64,000 nt of DNA from Promethearchaeota archaeon (GCA_048941015.1 JBHLNZ010000005.1:1-64000); one strand, 5' to 3'. Positions 42,605 through 52,300 are shown, numbered from the stretch's first letter. Program-made: numbers and translations. The notes: generated from the sequence alone by a model not told the origin.

Positions 42605-43912
42605 ATGACTGATTTCAAAATTACTAAAATTAAATCTCGGTGGATATTAGATTCTAGAGGTAATCCTACAGTAGAAACAGATGTTTTTTCCAATAATAAT
42701 TATGCTAGAGCTGCTGTTCCTTCAGGCGCTTCAACTGGTGTTTTAGAAGCTTTGGAACTGAGAGACGGGGGAAAGGCATTTCTAGGAAAACATGTGAAAA
42801 AAGCAGTATCTAATGTTAATGAAATTTTAAGTAAAAAGTTAATTGGTTTGGATGTAAGAGAGCAAAGTCAAATAGATAGAGTAATGATTGAGTTAGATGG
42901 TACTGAAAATAAAAAAAATTTAGGCGCAAATGCTATTTTATCAATATCTTTGGCAACAGTAAAATTAGCAGCAAAATTACTTGATAAACCATTATTTTCT
43001 CATTTATATGAATTAAGTTTTGGTCAACCACGGGAGACTTATTTATTACCAATTCCTTTTTGTAATATTTTAAATGGAGGAGAACATGCAGGGAATAATC
43101 TAGCGGTTCAAGAATTTATGATAGTACCTATTGGATCAGATTCTTTTGCTAGTGCTATTCAAAATGTAGCAGAGGTATATCAAATCCTTAAGGGGATTTT
43201 AATTAAAAAATACGGTAAGTCTTCCATAAATGTTGGAGATGAAGGGGGTTTTGCTCCAAATCTTTCAGATACACATGAAGCGGTTAATGTTATTGTCGAA
43301 GCAATTGAAGAAGCAGGATTTATAATGGGTACTGATTTTTATTTAGCTATGGACGCAGCTGCTAGTGAATTTTATGATGATGGATTGTATAATATTGATG
43401 GGAGAAAATTAAATGAAAATGAGTTTTTGCAATATTATTTGGATCTGATTGAAGAGTATCCTTATATAAAATCTATTGAAGACCCATTTGATGAAACCTC
43501 CTTTAATGGTTTTGCTAAACTAACAGCGAAGATAGATAAATCTATTCAAATAGTGGATGATGATCTTACAGTAACTAATATTAAAATCTTAGAAAAAGCT
43601 ATTAATGAAAAAGCAGGTAGCGCTTTGCTTTTAAAAGTAAATCAAATTGGAAGTCTGTCAGAAGCAATTAACGCAAGCAAAATGGCATTTAAAAACGGTT
43701 TTAATGTCATGGTTTCGCATCGTTCTGGTGAGACTGAAGATCCTTTTATTGCAGATTTAGCTGTAGGATTATGTACTGGACAGATTAAAAGTGGAGCACC
43801 TTGTAGGAGCGATAGAAATGCCAAATATAATCAACTACTTAGAATAGAAGAACTATTAGGAGAAAAAGCAACTTATCCCAATAATTTTGATGTTTGGAAA
43901 AAATTTCATTAA
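42605..43912 (+). CDS. eno: Enolase
   Basis: DSRGNPTVE, VPSGASTG, GDEGGFAP and SHRSGETED. Confidence 0.98.
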   Translation: MTDFKITKIKSRWILDSRGNPTVETDVFSNNNYARAAVPSGASTGVLEALELRDGGKAFLGKHVKKAVSNVNEILSKKLIGLDVREQSQIDRVMIELDGTENKKNLGANAILSISLATVKLAAKLLDKPLFSHLYELSFGQPRETYLLPIPFCNILNGGEHAGNNLAVQEFMIVPIGSDSFASAIQNVAEVYQILKGILIKKYGKSSINVGDEGGFAPNLSDTHEAVNVIVEAIEEAGFIMGTDFYLAMDAAASEFYDDGLYNIDGRKLNENEFLQYYLDLIEEYPYIKSIEDPFDETSFNGFAKLTAKIDKSIQIVDDDLTVTNIKILEKAINEKAGSALLLKVNQIGSLSEAINASKMAFKNGFNVMVSHRSGETEDPFIADLAVGLCTGQIKSGAPCRSDRNAKYNQLLRIEELLGEKATYPNNFDVWKKFH

Positions 43913-43925
43913 GTTGATTTCTCTA

Positions 43926-44570
43926 TTATAAATTATTTTTTTTAAATCTGTAAATATTTACATCAATCATTTTCGCTTTCATCTTATGAAAATAAAAGGT
44001 TTTTTCAAGTCTTAATTTATAAGGAAATACATAGTCTATATGCCAATTATATTTCTTAATATAATTTTGAAGGAAATTATTTACTTTTTCATTAGATAAA
44101 TGGATCGAATATATTATTGATGAAAAAGAGAGTGCTTTTTCTAAAAAGATTCTATCCGCTTTTTTCTTTTGTACCCCAAATGGTGGATTCATAATGGTTG
44201 TAATTTTTCTTTCTTTAGGTAAAAATAACTTATTAAGTTCAAAATGTCCGATCTCAGCACAAATTGGAAATATAACATTATTCAGTTTAAGATTATCAAT
44301 ATTATATTTTAGTATTTTTAAAGCACTAAAATCAATATCGATACTTAAAACATATATTGCTTTGAAAAAAGCACTAGCAATAGATAATCTTCCCGTACCG
44401 GCACCTAAATCAACAATTATTTGATTTTGGATATCATTAAATTCAAATCCAGCAAAATAAATAATATCAACTGCACTCACAGCATCAATGCAATACTGCT
44501 CAAGATTTACTTTAGGGTCTGAGAATGCTTGAGTGTTTTGAATTATAGAAATTAAATCTTTTTTTTTTAT
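43926..44570 (-). CDS. METTL5-like N6-adenine RNA methyltransferase; true start probably ATA at 44570 (track calls 44480)
   Basis: DLGAGTG and NPPFG motifs. The family N-terminus KKKDL...F.DPKVNLEQY is in frame upstream of the track's GTG. Confidence 0.85.
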   Translation of the reverse strand: MKKKDLISIIQNTQAFSDPKVNLEQYCIDAVSAVDIIYFAGFEFNDIQNQIIVDLGAGTGRLSIASAFFKAIYVLSIDIDFSALKILKYNIDNLKLNNVIFPICAEIGHFELNKLFLPKERKITTIMNPPFGVQKKKADRIFLEKALSFSSIIYSIHLSNEKVNNFLQNYIKKYNWHIDYVFPYKLRLEKTFYFHKMKAKMIDVNIYRFKKNNL

Positions 44571-44673
44571 GTTTATCGCCTAAAAAGTCTGCTTATTTAA
44601 ATTTTTATTTTGTATTATGATTAAATTTATTTAATTTATTTAATAATAATTAAGTAAGGAAATTAAAAGATTT

Positions 44674-45282
44674 TTGTGGAATTCTATGAAACAATTGAGA
44701 AAAAATGATGATATTGTATTCACAGGTGAGTATTTAGGAGTTGTAGAAGAGTTTCTCCCAGATAAACAATCAACATATGTAAAAGATGGTGAGATTTATG
44801 CAACTAAAACAGGAATACTTCATATTGATAAAAATAAAAGAGAGATTAAGATTAAAAGCCATCAAGAAAAAGATAGAAAAACCGTTAAAGTGGGGGATAT
44901 AGTTATTGGTACAGTTATTTTTCTTAGACAATACTCGATTGGGTTAATCTTTCATACGATTAATAATAAAATTCATTTTAACAGTTCTTATTTAGGAAAT
45001 ATACATGTATCTCAAATTTCCCATAAATTTGTAGAAAAAATTTCAGATGCTTTTCAATTAACAGATATTATTCGAGCAAAAGTTATCGATCAGAATCAGA
45101 ATGAATATGTTTTAAGTAGTGTAGGGAAGAATTTAGGGGTTATCCATGCTGATTGTGTCATATGTGGAACTGAGCTTGAAAAGATAGGACCTAACAAATT
45201 AAGATGTTCTAGGTGTGGAAATCTTGAAACTCGAAAATTTGCTGATGATTATGGAAATGTATCAGAACATTTAAGATATTAA
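44674..45282 (+). CDS. csl4: Exosome subunit Csl4 (start may be ATG at 44686)
   Basis: S1 domain (IHVSQIS, DIIRAKV), LGVIHADCVICG...CSRCG..ETRK Zn ribbon. Confidence 0.92.
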   Translation: MWNSMKQLRKNDDIVFTGEYLGVVEEFLPDKQSTYVKDGEIYATKTGILHIDKNKREIKIKSHQEKDRKTVKVGDIVIGTVIFLRQYSIGLIFHTINNKIHFNSSYLGNIHVSQISHKFVEKISDAFQLTDIIRAKVIDQNQNEYVLSSVGKNLGVIHADCVICGTELEKIGPNKLRCSRCGNLETRKFADDYGNVSEHLRY

Positions 45283-45329
45283 AGTTCATAACAAATTAGA
45301 TTTGTACTAACATATAAGGGTTCATAATC

Positions 45330-45551
45330 TTGACTAGAAAGGGCGGAAGGAAAGTAATTCATTTTTATAATTCTTCAGGAAATATTGAAAACCTTATAAA
45401 TTTTTTAGAAAAAGTTCAAGCAAAAATTAATTATCTCAATCTTAATTGTACAGTAGAAGGAAAAAGTATTAAAATCACTTTATTCGGGCCAAGAGATCTT
45501 CAATATTTAGCTCAAGAGAGATTAAGAGAATTAGCAGATAGATATTTATGA
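45330..45551 (+). CDS. Small hypothetical protein between csl4 and rpoL
   Basis: 73-aa ORF co-oriented within the cluster, with alpha/beta pattern. Confidence 0.6.
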   Translation: MTRKGGRKVIHFYNSSGNIENLINFLEKVQAKINYLNLNCTVEGKSIKITLFGPRDLQYLAQERLRELADRYL

Positions 45552-45631
45552 AGTATTATTGTTAGAAACAAAAAAAATTTATTTTATCCTATATTAGATT
45601 TATTTAATTCGAAGATTATGGTGTCAATTTA

Positions 45632-46126
45632 GTGGCAAAAAAAAAAGGTAAAACTAAAAAAGAAGAAGAGGATTTTGACGATTTTGAAGATGATTCATTT
45701 GGAGATGAGAAAATCGAGACTCATTATCCTAAACTTGAAGGAAAGGAAGTCAAGGAAAGCAAAACGAAAGACGATTTAGAGGAAGAAATAGAAGCTGAAG
45801 AGGAAGAGGAATTCGAATTAGAACCCGAAATCGAAGTACCAGAATATAAACACATTGGTTTAGATATTAAATATGGCCTTAATGAAAATGATTATAAAAT
45901 AATTATTAAGGGACAATCCCATGGATTTTGTAATATCTTTGTTAAACATCTATTAAATATAGAAGGAGTTAACATTGCTTCTTATAAAATAACTAAACTT
46001 GAACATCCAGAAATATTTGTTCGAATTGAAAACGGATATAAAATTAAAGATGTGTTATTTAAAGGAATAGAAGCTCTTAAAAAAGAAGTATCCGAAGTTC
46101 AATCGGTATTCAAAAAACTAATGTAA
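45632..46126 (+). CDS. rpoL: RNA polymerase subunit L (Rpo11) with long acidic N-terminal extension
   Basis: IIIKGQSHGFCN...GVNIASYKI...HPEIFVRI matches the RpoL pattern; conserved position downstream of csl4. Confidence 0.8.
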   Translation: MAKKKGKTKKEEEDFDDFEDDSFGDEKIETHYPKLEGKEVKESKTKDDLEEEIEAEEEEEFELEPEIEVPEYKHIGLDIKYGLNENDYKIIIKGQSHGFCNIFVKHLLNIEGVNIASYKITKLEHPEIFVRIENGYKIKDVLFKGIEALKKEVSEVQSVFKKLM

Positions 46127-46180
46127 TTCTAATTTTACACACTTATTATGATAAGTTTATAAGAAGTATTTATTCAACTA

Positions 46181-46639
46181 GTGTTAATGCCTTATGAGTT
46201 TTTATTAAGAGATATAAATAAAAATCTTACAGAGAAAGCAATAGGAACCGATAAAGGTTTAGCTAAAATTGGTGATGGAATCGTAAATTTGGCATATTCA
46301 GTTGCTAAATCTACTTATTTGACAAGAAATAATGTAAATAATAGAACGATCAGAACAGGGATGAAAGTTGGGAAAAATGTTTTAGCGCAAGCTTTAAAGG
46401 AGGCTAATATGAAAAGTTTTGCAAAAAATAGAGCAGATTCTCACGACTTAGCTGATACAGTTGAATCTCTAATAGCATATGTTTGGTTGTCGGGAAAAAT
46501 GTCGATAAAGGAGATCATAGATTTTCTAGCAAATAATTTCTCAGGTGACCTCAATAACAGAGTTCAAGAAATTAATTCTGCTCGACAAGCATTTACTAAA
46601 CTTTTGAATTTGATAAAAAAATTTATACCAGTTTTTTAA
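46181..46639 (+). CDS. Stand-alone RNase III-domain protein
   Basis: LAKIGDGIVN and ADTVESLIAY RNase III-like motifs. Confidence 0.8.
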   Translation: MLMPYEFLLRDINKNLTEKAIGTDKGLAKIGDGIVNLAYSVAKSTYLTRNNVNNRTIRTGMKVGKNVLAQALKEANMKSFAKNRADSHDLADTVESLIAYVWLSGKMSIKEIIDFLANNFSGDLNNRVQEINSARQAFTKLLNLIKKFIPVF

Positions 46640-46641
46640 TT

Positions 46642-47202
46642 ATGAAAAAGTTTCCAATAAATATCGGATTTGATGATTCAAAATTTGAATTTAAATCTTC
46701 TCATAAAAATACTAGTTTAATCGGTGTTGTATGTCAAGGAAATAGAATGGTAGATGTTATAAAGAAAGAAATAACTATTGACGGCGATGATGCCACCACA
46801 ATATTAATATCTATTGTAAAACAAAAAGAAAAGCATATACAATATATCTTCACTGACTCTATCACATTTGCTGGTTTTAATATAATTAATTTAGAACAAA
46901 TTTTCAAGCATACAGGTAAACCAATCATCGCAATTACAGAAAAACTTGTTGACCTTGATTCTGTTAAAACCGCTTTAATTAAAAATTTTCCAAATGATTA
47001 CAAAATTAAGTTTAAACACATTATAAAAGCAGGCAATTTATACGAAACTGAACTTGAAACTGCCGGTGGTTCATCGAAAATATTTTTTCATTGCAAAGGA
47101 ATAGATTCTGATAAAGTTAAATCTTTATTAAGAAAAGTATGTATAGATTCTAAAGTTCCAGAATCCGTTAGACTCGCTCATCTAATAGGCAAAGCTTTTT
47201 AG
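46642..47202 (+). CDS. DUF99 / endonuclease V-like protein
   Basis: IGFDDS, DGDDAT, ITFAGFNII and VPESVRLAHLI. Confidence 0.88.
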   Translation: MKKFPINIGFDDSKFEFKSSHKNTSLIGVVCQGNRMVDVIKKEITIDGDDATTILISIVKQKEKHIQYIFTDSITFAGFNIINLEQIFKHTGKPIIAITEKLVDLDSVKTALIKNFPNDYKIKFKHIIKAGNLYETELETAGGSSKIFFHCKGIDSDKVKSLLRKVCIDSKVPESVRLAHLIGKAF

Positions 47203-47209
47203 AGTAATT

Positions 47210-47686
47210 TTAAAATGTGGCAATCTCGTACTCTAAAATCTCTTTCATTCTTTCACGCAATTCAGTCCTAATTGCAGACATTCCATAAGTTTTCAAGCCA
47301 CCAAGTCTTTTTTGTATCTCTTTAGCACTTAAAGCTCCAGGTAAGTCTTGTTTATTAGCAATAGCAATTATTTTAGTTCCTAAACTACGTTCAAATCTAT
47401 CGTAAATTTGCTTTGTCTTTTTTATATTTTCTTCTGTTGAATCACAAACTAAAACAGCTAAACCGGCACCTCTCAAGAAATCTTTCCACATGAACTTAAA
47501 CCTTTTCTGACCTCCGAAATCCCATATTGAACATTTCTTCCCATTTAATATTGAATCTTCTACCTCTAAACCAACAGTCGGAATCCGCTCTTTTCTAACT
47601 TCTCTTCCTTGTAATAAAGTCAATAATGATGATTTTCCTACCCCTGTATCTCCTACAAGACAAATTTTTTGTTTTGTTGTATAAAC
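47210..47686 (-). CDS. Arf-like small GTPase; P-loop lies upstream of the track start, initiation codon unclear
   Basis: In-frame KICLVGDTGVGKSS upstream of 47623; PTVG, WDFGGQ, ANKQDLPGAL and SA. Confidence 0.8.
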   Translation of the reverse strand, partial: VYTTKQKICLVGDTGVGKSSLLTLLQGREVRKERIPTVGLEVEDSILNGKKCSIWDFGGQKRFKFMWKDFLRGAGLAVLVCDSTEENIKKTKQIYDRFERSLGTKIIAIANKQDLPGALSAKEIQKRLGGLKTYGMSAIRTELRERMKEILEYEIATF

Positions 47687-47946
47687 TTTATATCAACCCT
47701 TTCTAATACTAAATCACGTTAATTAGAAAAGGCAAGATATTGTTCAAAAATTAAAATAATATTGACATATCATGCGAATTTTATCATATAAAGTCTATTT
47801 ATCAATTCTGCCATTACTATCATAAAAAGAGCCTTTTAACTTTAGAAATATCCTCCTATTTATCTATTTTATATACGCATATTATGAGAATTTAAATAAA
47901 AAAGAGTTTAAGATAAGATTGAAAATAATAGTTATTTGTGAATTAA

Positions 47947-48351
47947 ATGAATTTTTTACTTGATTTTATAGTTTCTAAAGAAGGTGGCAAGGTGATTTAT
48001 AGTACTGATTCTAAATTGGATATTGTGAAAGATGTGCTCCTTTTTGGAGGCTTTTTAGAGGCTATAAATAATTGCTACAATCATGCTCTTATAGATAATT
48101 TAAAAAAGATTGAAGGATGTCATTATAGAATTTCATTTATGGTAAAAAAAGATTTTCAATTTATCGGTTTATCTTCTATAGAAACAGACCCCATATTTGT
48201 AAAAATGGAATTTGAATATTACGCTTATAAGTTCACGAAACTTTTTCAAAATAAACTTTCAAATATTTCTGAGAATGATGTTCGTGTCTTTAAAAAATTT
48301 AATAACGAGATTCTTAAAAGTGAGTCTGTAGAGCAATATGCAACTAGTTAA
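47947..48351 (+). CDS. Longin-like domain protein
   Basis: hhh..GG.VIY...D..LFGGFLEAI...L..I...I.F...F pattern; 134 aa; divergent from the small GTPase. Confidence 0.65.
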   Translation: MNFLLDFIVSKEGGKVIYSTDSKLDIVKDVLLFGGFLEAINNCYNHALIDNLKKIEGCHYRISFMVKKDFQFIGLSSIETDPIFVKMEFEYYAYKFTKLFQNKLSNISENDVRVFKKFNNEILKSESVEQYATS

Positions 48352-48399
48352 TATAAAAAATATTTATTATTAAAAAAATCAAAAAAAAGAATTGTATTT

Positions 48400-49698
48400 T
48401 TACCCTGTTACGAGATCTTTGACAATACCTACAGCAACGGTTCTGCCCATATCCCTAACTGCGAACCGGCCCATTTCTGGGATGTCTTCATACTTCTCGA
48501 TACAGATCTTCTTGATAGGTTGTAATTTAATAATCGCTGATTCATTTCTCTTGATAAATTTAGGTGAATCTTCGATAACAGCGCCAGTTTTTTGGTCTAA
48601 TTTCTTGTTTAGTTCAACAAATTTAGCCGCAATTTGTGCTGTGTGAGCATGTACAACAGGAGTATATCCTTGAGCAATAGCAGTAGGATGCCAAATGACA
48701 ATAATCTGACCAGTCCAATTACCGCTTGGGTTAACTACAGTTGGTATGCTACTTGGATGCCCTAGGCAATCTCCACGACCGACATCCTTCATTTCAAGAC
48801 CTCTTATACTAAATCCAACGTTATCTCCAGGTTCTGCTTGAGGAATTTCTTCATGGTGCATTTCGATACTACGTATTTCACCTTGGAATCCAGTAGGCAT
48901 AATTACAATTTTATCTCCTTTTTTAAGAATGCCTGTTTCAACCCTACCAACTGGAACAACACCAGTACCTTTAATTCTGTAAGCATCTTGAATTGGTAAA
49001 CGTAAAGGCTTGTCAACTGGTTTTGGAGGAATTTCGAATTTATCTATAGCATCGATTAGAGTTGGTCCCTTATACCATGGCATTTTATCACTAGCTTCAG
49101 TTAAATTATCTCCTGTCATACCACTTGTAGGAACAAAATCAACATTCTTGACATTGTAACCTATTTGCTTAAGAAGATTCGATACAGATTCTTTACATTC
49201 ATTAAATCTATCTTCACTATAATCATAATTATCTGCTTTATTTATAGCGACACATAATTGTTTTACACCTAGAGTTTGTGCTAAATATGCGTGTTCTCGG
49301 GTTTGTCCATTTGCTGCCACTCCAACTTCCATTTCTCCTTTTTTACCGGATACGACTAGTATTGCAGCATCTGCTTGTGAAGCACCTGTAATCATATTCT
49401 TTACGAAGTCAGCATGACCAGGAGCATCAATTATCGTGAAATATTTTGATTTAGTCTCAAATTTTCTGAAAGCAAGATCAATGGTAATTCCACGCTGTCG
49501 TTCCTCCTTTAGTCGGTCAAAAACATAAGCATAAGACCAGGAAGGACGATCATATTCTTTAGCAATTTTTTCTAGCTCTCTTGCTTCTCTATCCGAAATA
49601 GCACCAGTTTTGATGAGTAAGGCACCCATCATAGTAGATTTTCCATGATCTATGTGCCCGATTATTACTAAATTCAAATGAGGTTTATCTGTTGGCAT
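48400..49698 (-). CDS. tuf: Elongation factor 1-alpha
   Basis: GHIDHGKST, RGITID, DAPGH, NMITGASQAD and GRFAVRDMG. Confidence 0.98.
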   Translation of the reverse strand: MPTDKPHLNLVIIGHIDHGKSTMMGALLIKTGAISDREARELEKIAKEYDRPSWSYAYVFDRLKEERQRGITIDLAFRKFETKSKYFTIIDAPGHADFVKNMITGASQADAAILVVSGKKGEMEVGVAANGQTREHAYLAQTLGVKQLCVAINKADNYDYSEDRFNECKESVSNLLKQIGYNVKNVDFVPTSGMTGDNLTEASDKMPWYKGPTLIDAIDKFEIPPKPVDKPLRLPIQDAYRIKGTGVVPVGRVETGILKKGDKIVIMPTGFQGEIRSIEMHHEEIPQAEPGDNVGFSIRGLEMKDVGRGDCLGHPSSIPTVVNPSGNWTGQIIVIWHPTAIAQGYTPVVHAHTAQIAAKFVELNKKLDQKTGAVIEDSPKFIKRNESAIIKLQPIKKICIEKYEDIPEMGRFAVRDMGRTVAVGIVKDLVTG

Positions 49699-49864
49699 AA
49701 TTCATCAATTTCCTCTATATTTTATTTAATTAATTAATTTTGAATACTTTAACTATTTAGATTAAATGATAACTACTTTAATGATATCCAATATATATTT
49801 TTTACTATAATTTTTTGGTATGTTTCTAGGGAAGTGATTTGGAGTTAGATTTTTTATAGGGTTT

Positions 49865-50347
49865 TCATGGATACTTTTTTCTCTTAGAATTCAATAAATA
49901 TTCACCTTGAAGATCATTATAAAGTTCTTCCCTATTTTCCTTTAACAAAAGAAATATCTCATTTAGTTCATTTTGAAAATTGATTCTTTTGCCAAAGTCA
50001 TCTACAAATTCTTTAACAACTTTTTCTTCTAAGAATTTTTTAAAAATGAGATCAATGTCAGAAATGTCAAATCTTGTTTCTTTAAAGTAATCTAGTAAAT
50101 GATGTAAGTAATAAGCTTTAATATAAAGAAATTTATTACTATATTTCTTTTCTAAATCTTTCTGATAAAAGAATTTTAATTGTCGTAGTATTATAGTATC
50201 GTCTTCATTATATAGATATTTTTCATCTTCAGTATTATTAAAAGCCCATTCTGTTCCAAAATCGATATTTCTATCTACATAATTCGCGATTAATCGATCA
50301 ATGCCAACTTTGTCAGACCATTTATTATGAATATCCCAATTTGGTAT
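49865..50347 (-). CDS. Unannotated 160-aa protein (putative His/Asp metal-binding, Zn-hydrolase-like), probable ATA start
   Basis: Stop-free 161-codon frame missed by the track: (M)PNWDIHNKWSDKVGIDRLIANYVDRNID...YYLHHLLDYF...; contains no ATG. Confidence 0.75.
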   Translation of the reverse strand: MPNWDIHNKWSDKVGIDRLIANYVDRNIDFGTEWAFNNTEDEKYLYNEDDTIILRQLKFFYQKDLEKKYSNKFLYIKAYYLHHLLDYFKETRFDISDIDLIFKKFLEEKVVKEFVDDFGKRINFQNELNEIFLLLKENREELYNDLQGEYLLNSKRKKYP

Positions 50348-50506
50348 CTTTTGTTCACTTAATGGAATGAATTAATTATATAATTCTTAAAAATGATAAA
50401 TTAAAATAAAGGTTAAGGTAAAAAGATAATAAAAATAAAAAAACATCTAACCTTTAATAATATAAAATATACTTAAAAAAGCAATCAAAATAATAAATTA
50501 AAAATC

Positions 50507-51331
50507 ATGGTAAAAAGTAGAAGTCCCTTTCCAAAAGAAGGAGAATTTATTATTGGTCGGGTTACGGTAGTTCAGCAACAATATGTATATGTAGAGTTAC
50601 TTGATTATAAGGGATTACCTTCAGAGTCTTTTGCAAAAGGAATGATTCATATTAGTGAAATTTCAAGCCGTTGGATAAAAAATATTCGAAATTTTGTAAG
50701 GGTAGGCCAAAGAATTGTCTGTAGAGTGTTAAGAGTTGACCCTGAGAAAGGACATATAGATTTATCTTTAAGGCGAGTCAATTCAGCACAGAAAGAAAAT
50801 AGAATGAAAGAATGGAAATATGCTCAAAAATATGAAAACTTGCTTCAATTTCTTACCGAAATGGATGGTGTAAAGATGAACTTAGATGAAACTTATGAAT
50901 TAATAGGCTGGCCTGTTTTGGATAATTTTGATTCCTATCAAGAAACAATTGAAGCCCTCAAGGAAAATGGAGAAGAACTACTTAATACTCTTGATGGGAT
51001 TTCTGAAGAAACGAAAAAAGCATTTCTAAAAATCGTTGATGAAAATGTAGAAATTTCTACAGTGAATATTATAGGAAAGATTAAATTGATAAATACTGAG
51101 GGAGATGGAATTGATAAGATTAAAGAAACTTTAACTGAGATTATAAACACGATAAAAAAGCCAAAAGCAACTAGAAAATTGAATTTATCTTACCTCGGAG
51201 CTCCTTTTTATAGGTTGGAGATCATTTCTAAAGATTATTTGGATGCAGAAAACATATTATCTGAAGCGATGGAAATATTAGAACAGAAATCTAAACAGTA
51301 TGGTGGTACTTATGAATTTATTAGGGATTAA
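50507..51331 (+). CDS. eif2a: Translation initiation factor 2 alpha subunit
   Basis: S1 domain IHISEIS..WIKNIR, KGHIDLSLRRV and GAPFYR. Confidence 0.96.
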   Translation: MVKSRSPFPKEGEFIIGRVTVVQQQYVYVELLDYKGLPSESFAKGMIHISEISSRWIKNIRNFVRVGQRIVCRVLRVDPEKGHIDLSLRRVNSAQKENRMKEWKYAQKYENLLQFLTEMDGVKMNLDETYELIGWPVLDNFDSYQETIEALKENGEELLNTLDGISEETKKAFLKIVDENVEISTVNIIGKIKLINTEGDGIDKIKETLTEIINTIKKPKATRKLNLSYLGAPFYRLEIISKDYLDAENILSEAMEILEQKSKQYGGTYEFIRD

Positions 51332-51364
51332 TTTTTAATTCAAGTAAAGTAGCTATAACTTACA

Positions 51365-51550
51365 ATGACTAAATATTTACTTAAATGTAAGGATTGTAAA
51401 AGATATGGATTACATAATCCAGAATTAAAATGCAAATATTGCGGTGGACAGTTAATAAACCCACGTCCCCCAAAATTTTCAATGGTAGATAAATTTGCTA
51501 AGTACCGTAAGCAATATTTTAAAGAAGAATTTAAAAAAAGATTTGAATAA
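51365..51550 (+). CDS. nop10: H/ACA RNP protein Nop10
   Basis: CKDC...CKYCGG...PPKFS..DKFAKYR; follows aIF2alpha. Confidence 0.92.
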   Translation: MTKYLLKCKDCKRYGLHNPELKCKYCGGQLINPRPPKFSMVDKFAKYRKQYFKEEFKKRFE

Positions 51551-51552
51551 GT

Positions 51553-52239
51553 TTAAGAAAATTCTATTTTTTCAGCAAATTTTTCATAAATTAATATTTT
51601 AGCATTCTTATATGGTAAATTAACTATATCGTTTTCTTCAAATGGACCATAATTAATTAAGTCTATACCTACTAATGGTGGAGCTTTCTTTATAATTCTA
51701 ATTAAGGTGTAATTGTAATCTGGTTTTTCTTCTTGACCTATATCATTAATAAATGAAGTAGGCGCTTTAATAATCTCTTCTATTTGTTCAATTTTGCTTT
51801 CACTCACATCTACTTTTTGTAATAGATTCTGTTCCTCTCCTTTAACATTACTTTTATGGAGTTCTTCCAAATTTTCATAAAGAGTAAAGGCCTTTAATTT
51901 TTGAAAACCTTTAACCGCACTAACCAAATTCTGATAAAACAACTTTTCTGCTTCAAGTATAATTTCAAGATCGATTTCTTGAAGCGATAAAGCATAATTA
52001 ATCAGTTTTATCTCCCTAATTCTTAGAAAATCCTTAAATAAATAGTTTAAATTTTCTTGATATGAATTTAGCAATTGAGTTTTAATCTCATCTTTCTGGT
52101 CAAAATTATAGTTATTAATTTCTCTAATTAAATTTTTATAATCTTTTAGGAGTTCTTCCGATAAGGAGGTTAATTCCTTGGTATTGAGCTCTCTTTGCCA
52201 ATGATCGTATAATTTACTGTACTGTTTTTCGAAATCCAT
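51553..52239 (-). CDS. GINS complex subunit (Gins51/Gins15 type)
   Basis: Helical A domain (R..K) then C-terminal B domain (VGIDLINYGPFEENDIVNLP..NA..L); downstream of priS. Confidence 0.85.
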   Translation of the reverse strand: MDFEKQYSKLYDHWQRELNTKELTSLSEELLKDYKNLIREINNYNFDQKDEIKTQLLNSYQENLNYLFKDFLRIREIKLINYALSLQEIDLEIILEAEKLFYQNLVSAVKGFQKLKAFTLYENLEELHKSNVKGEEQNLLQKVDVSESKIEQIEEIIKAPTSFINDIGQEEKPDYNYTLIRIIKKAPPLVGIDLINYGPFEENDIVNLPYKNAKILIYEKFAEKIEFS

Positions 52240-52300
52240 ATGAATCGATATTATTGAAAGGATTATATTAATGAAGTATAGTCAAAAATAAAATTTTATC

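Noticed and set aside
47693-47695. TGA readthrough (selenocysteine) to supply a start for the small GTPase
   Set aside because: Another in-frame TGA lies seven codons upstream with no canonical start between, and no SECIS-like element was evident.
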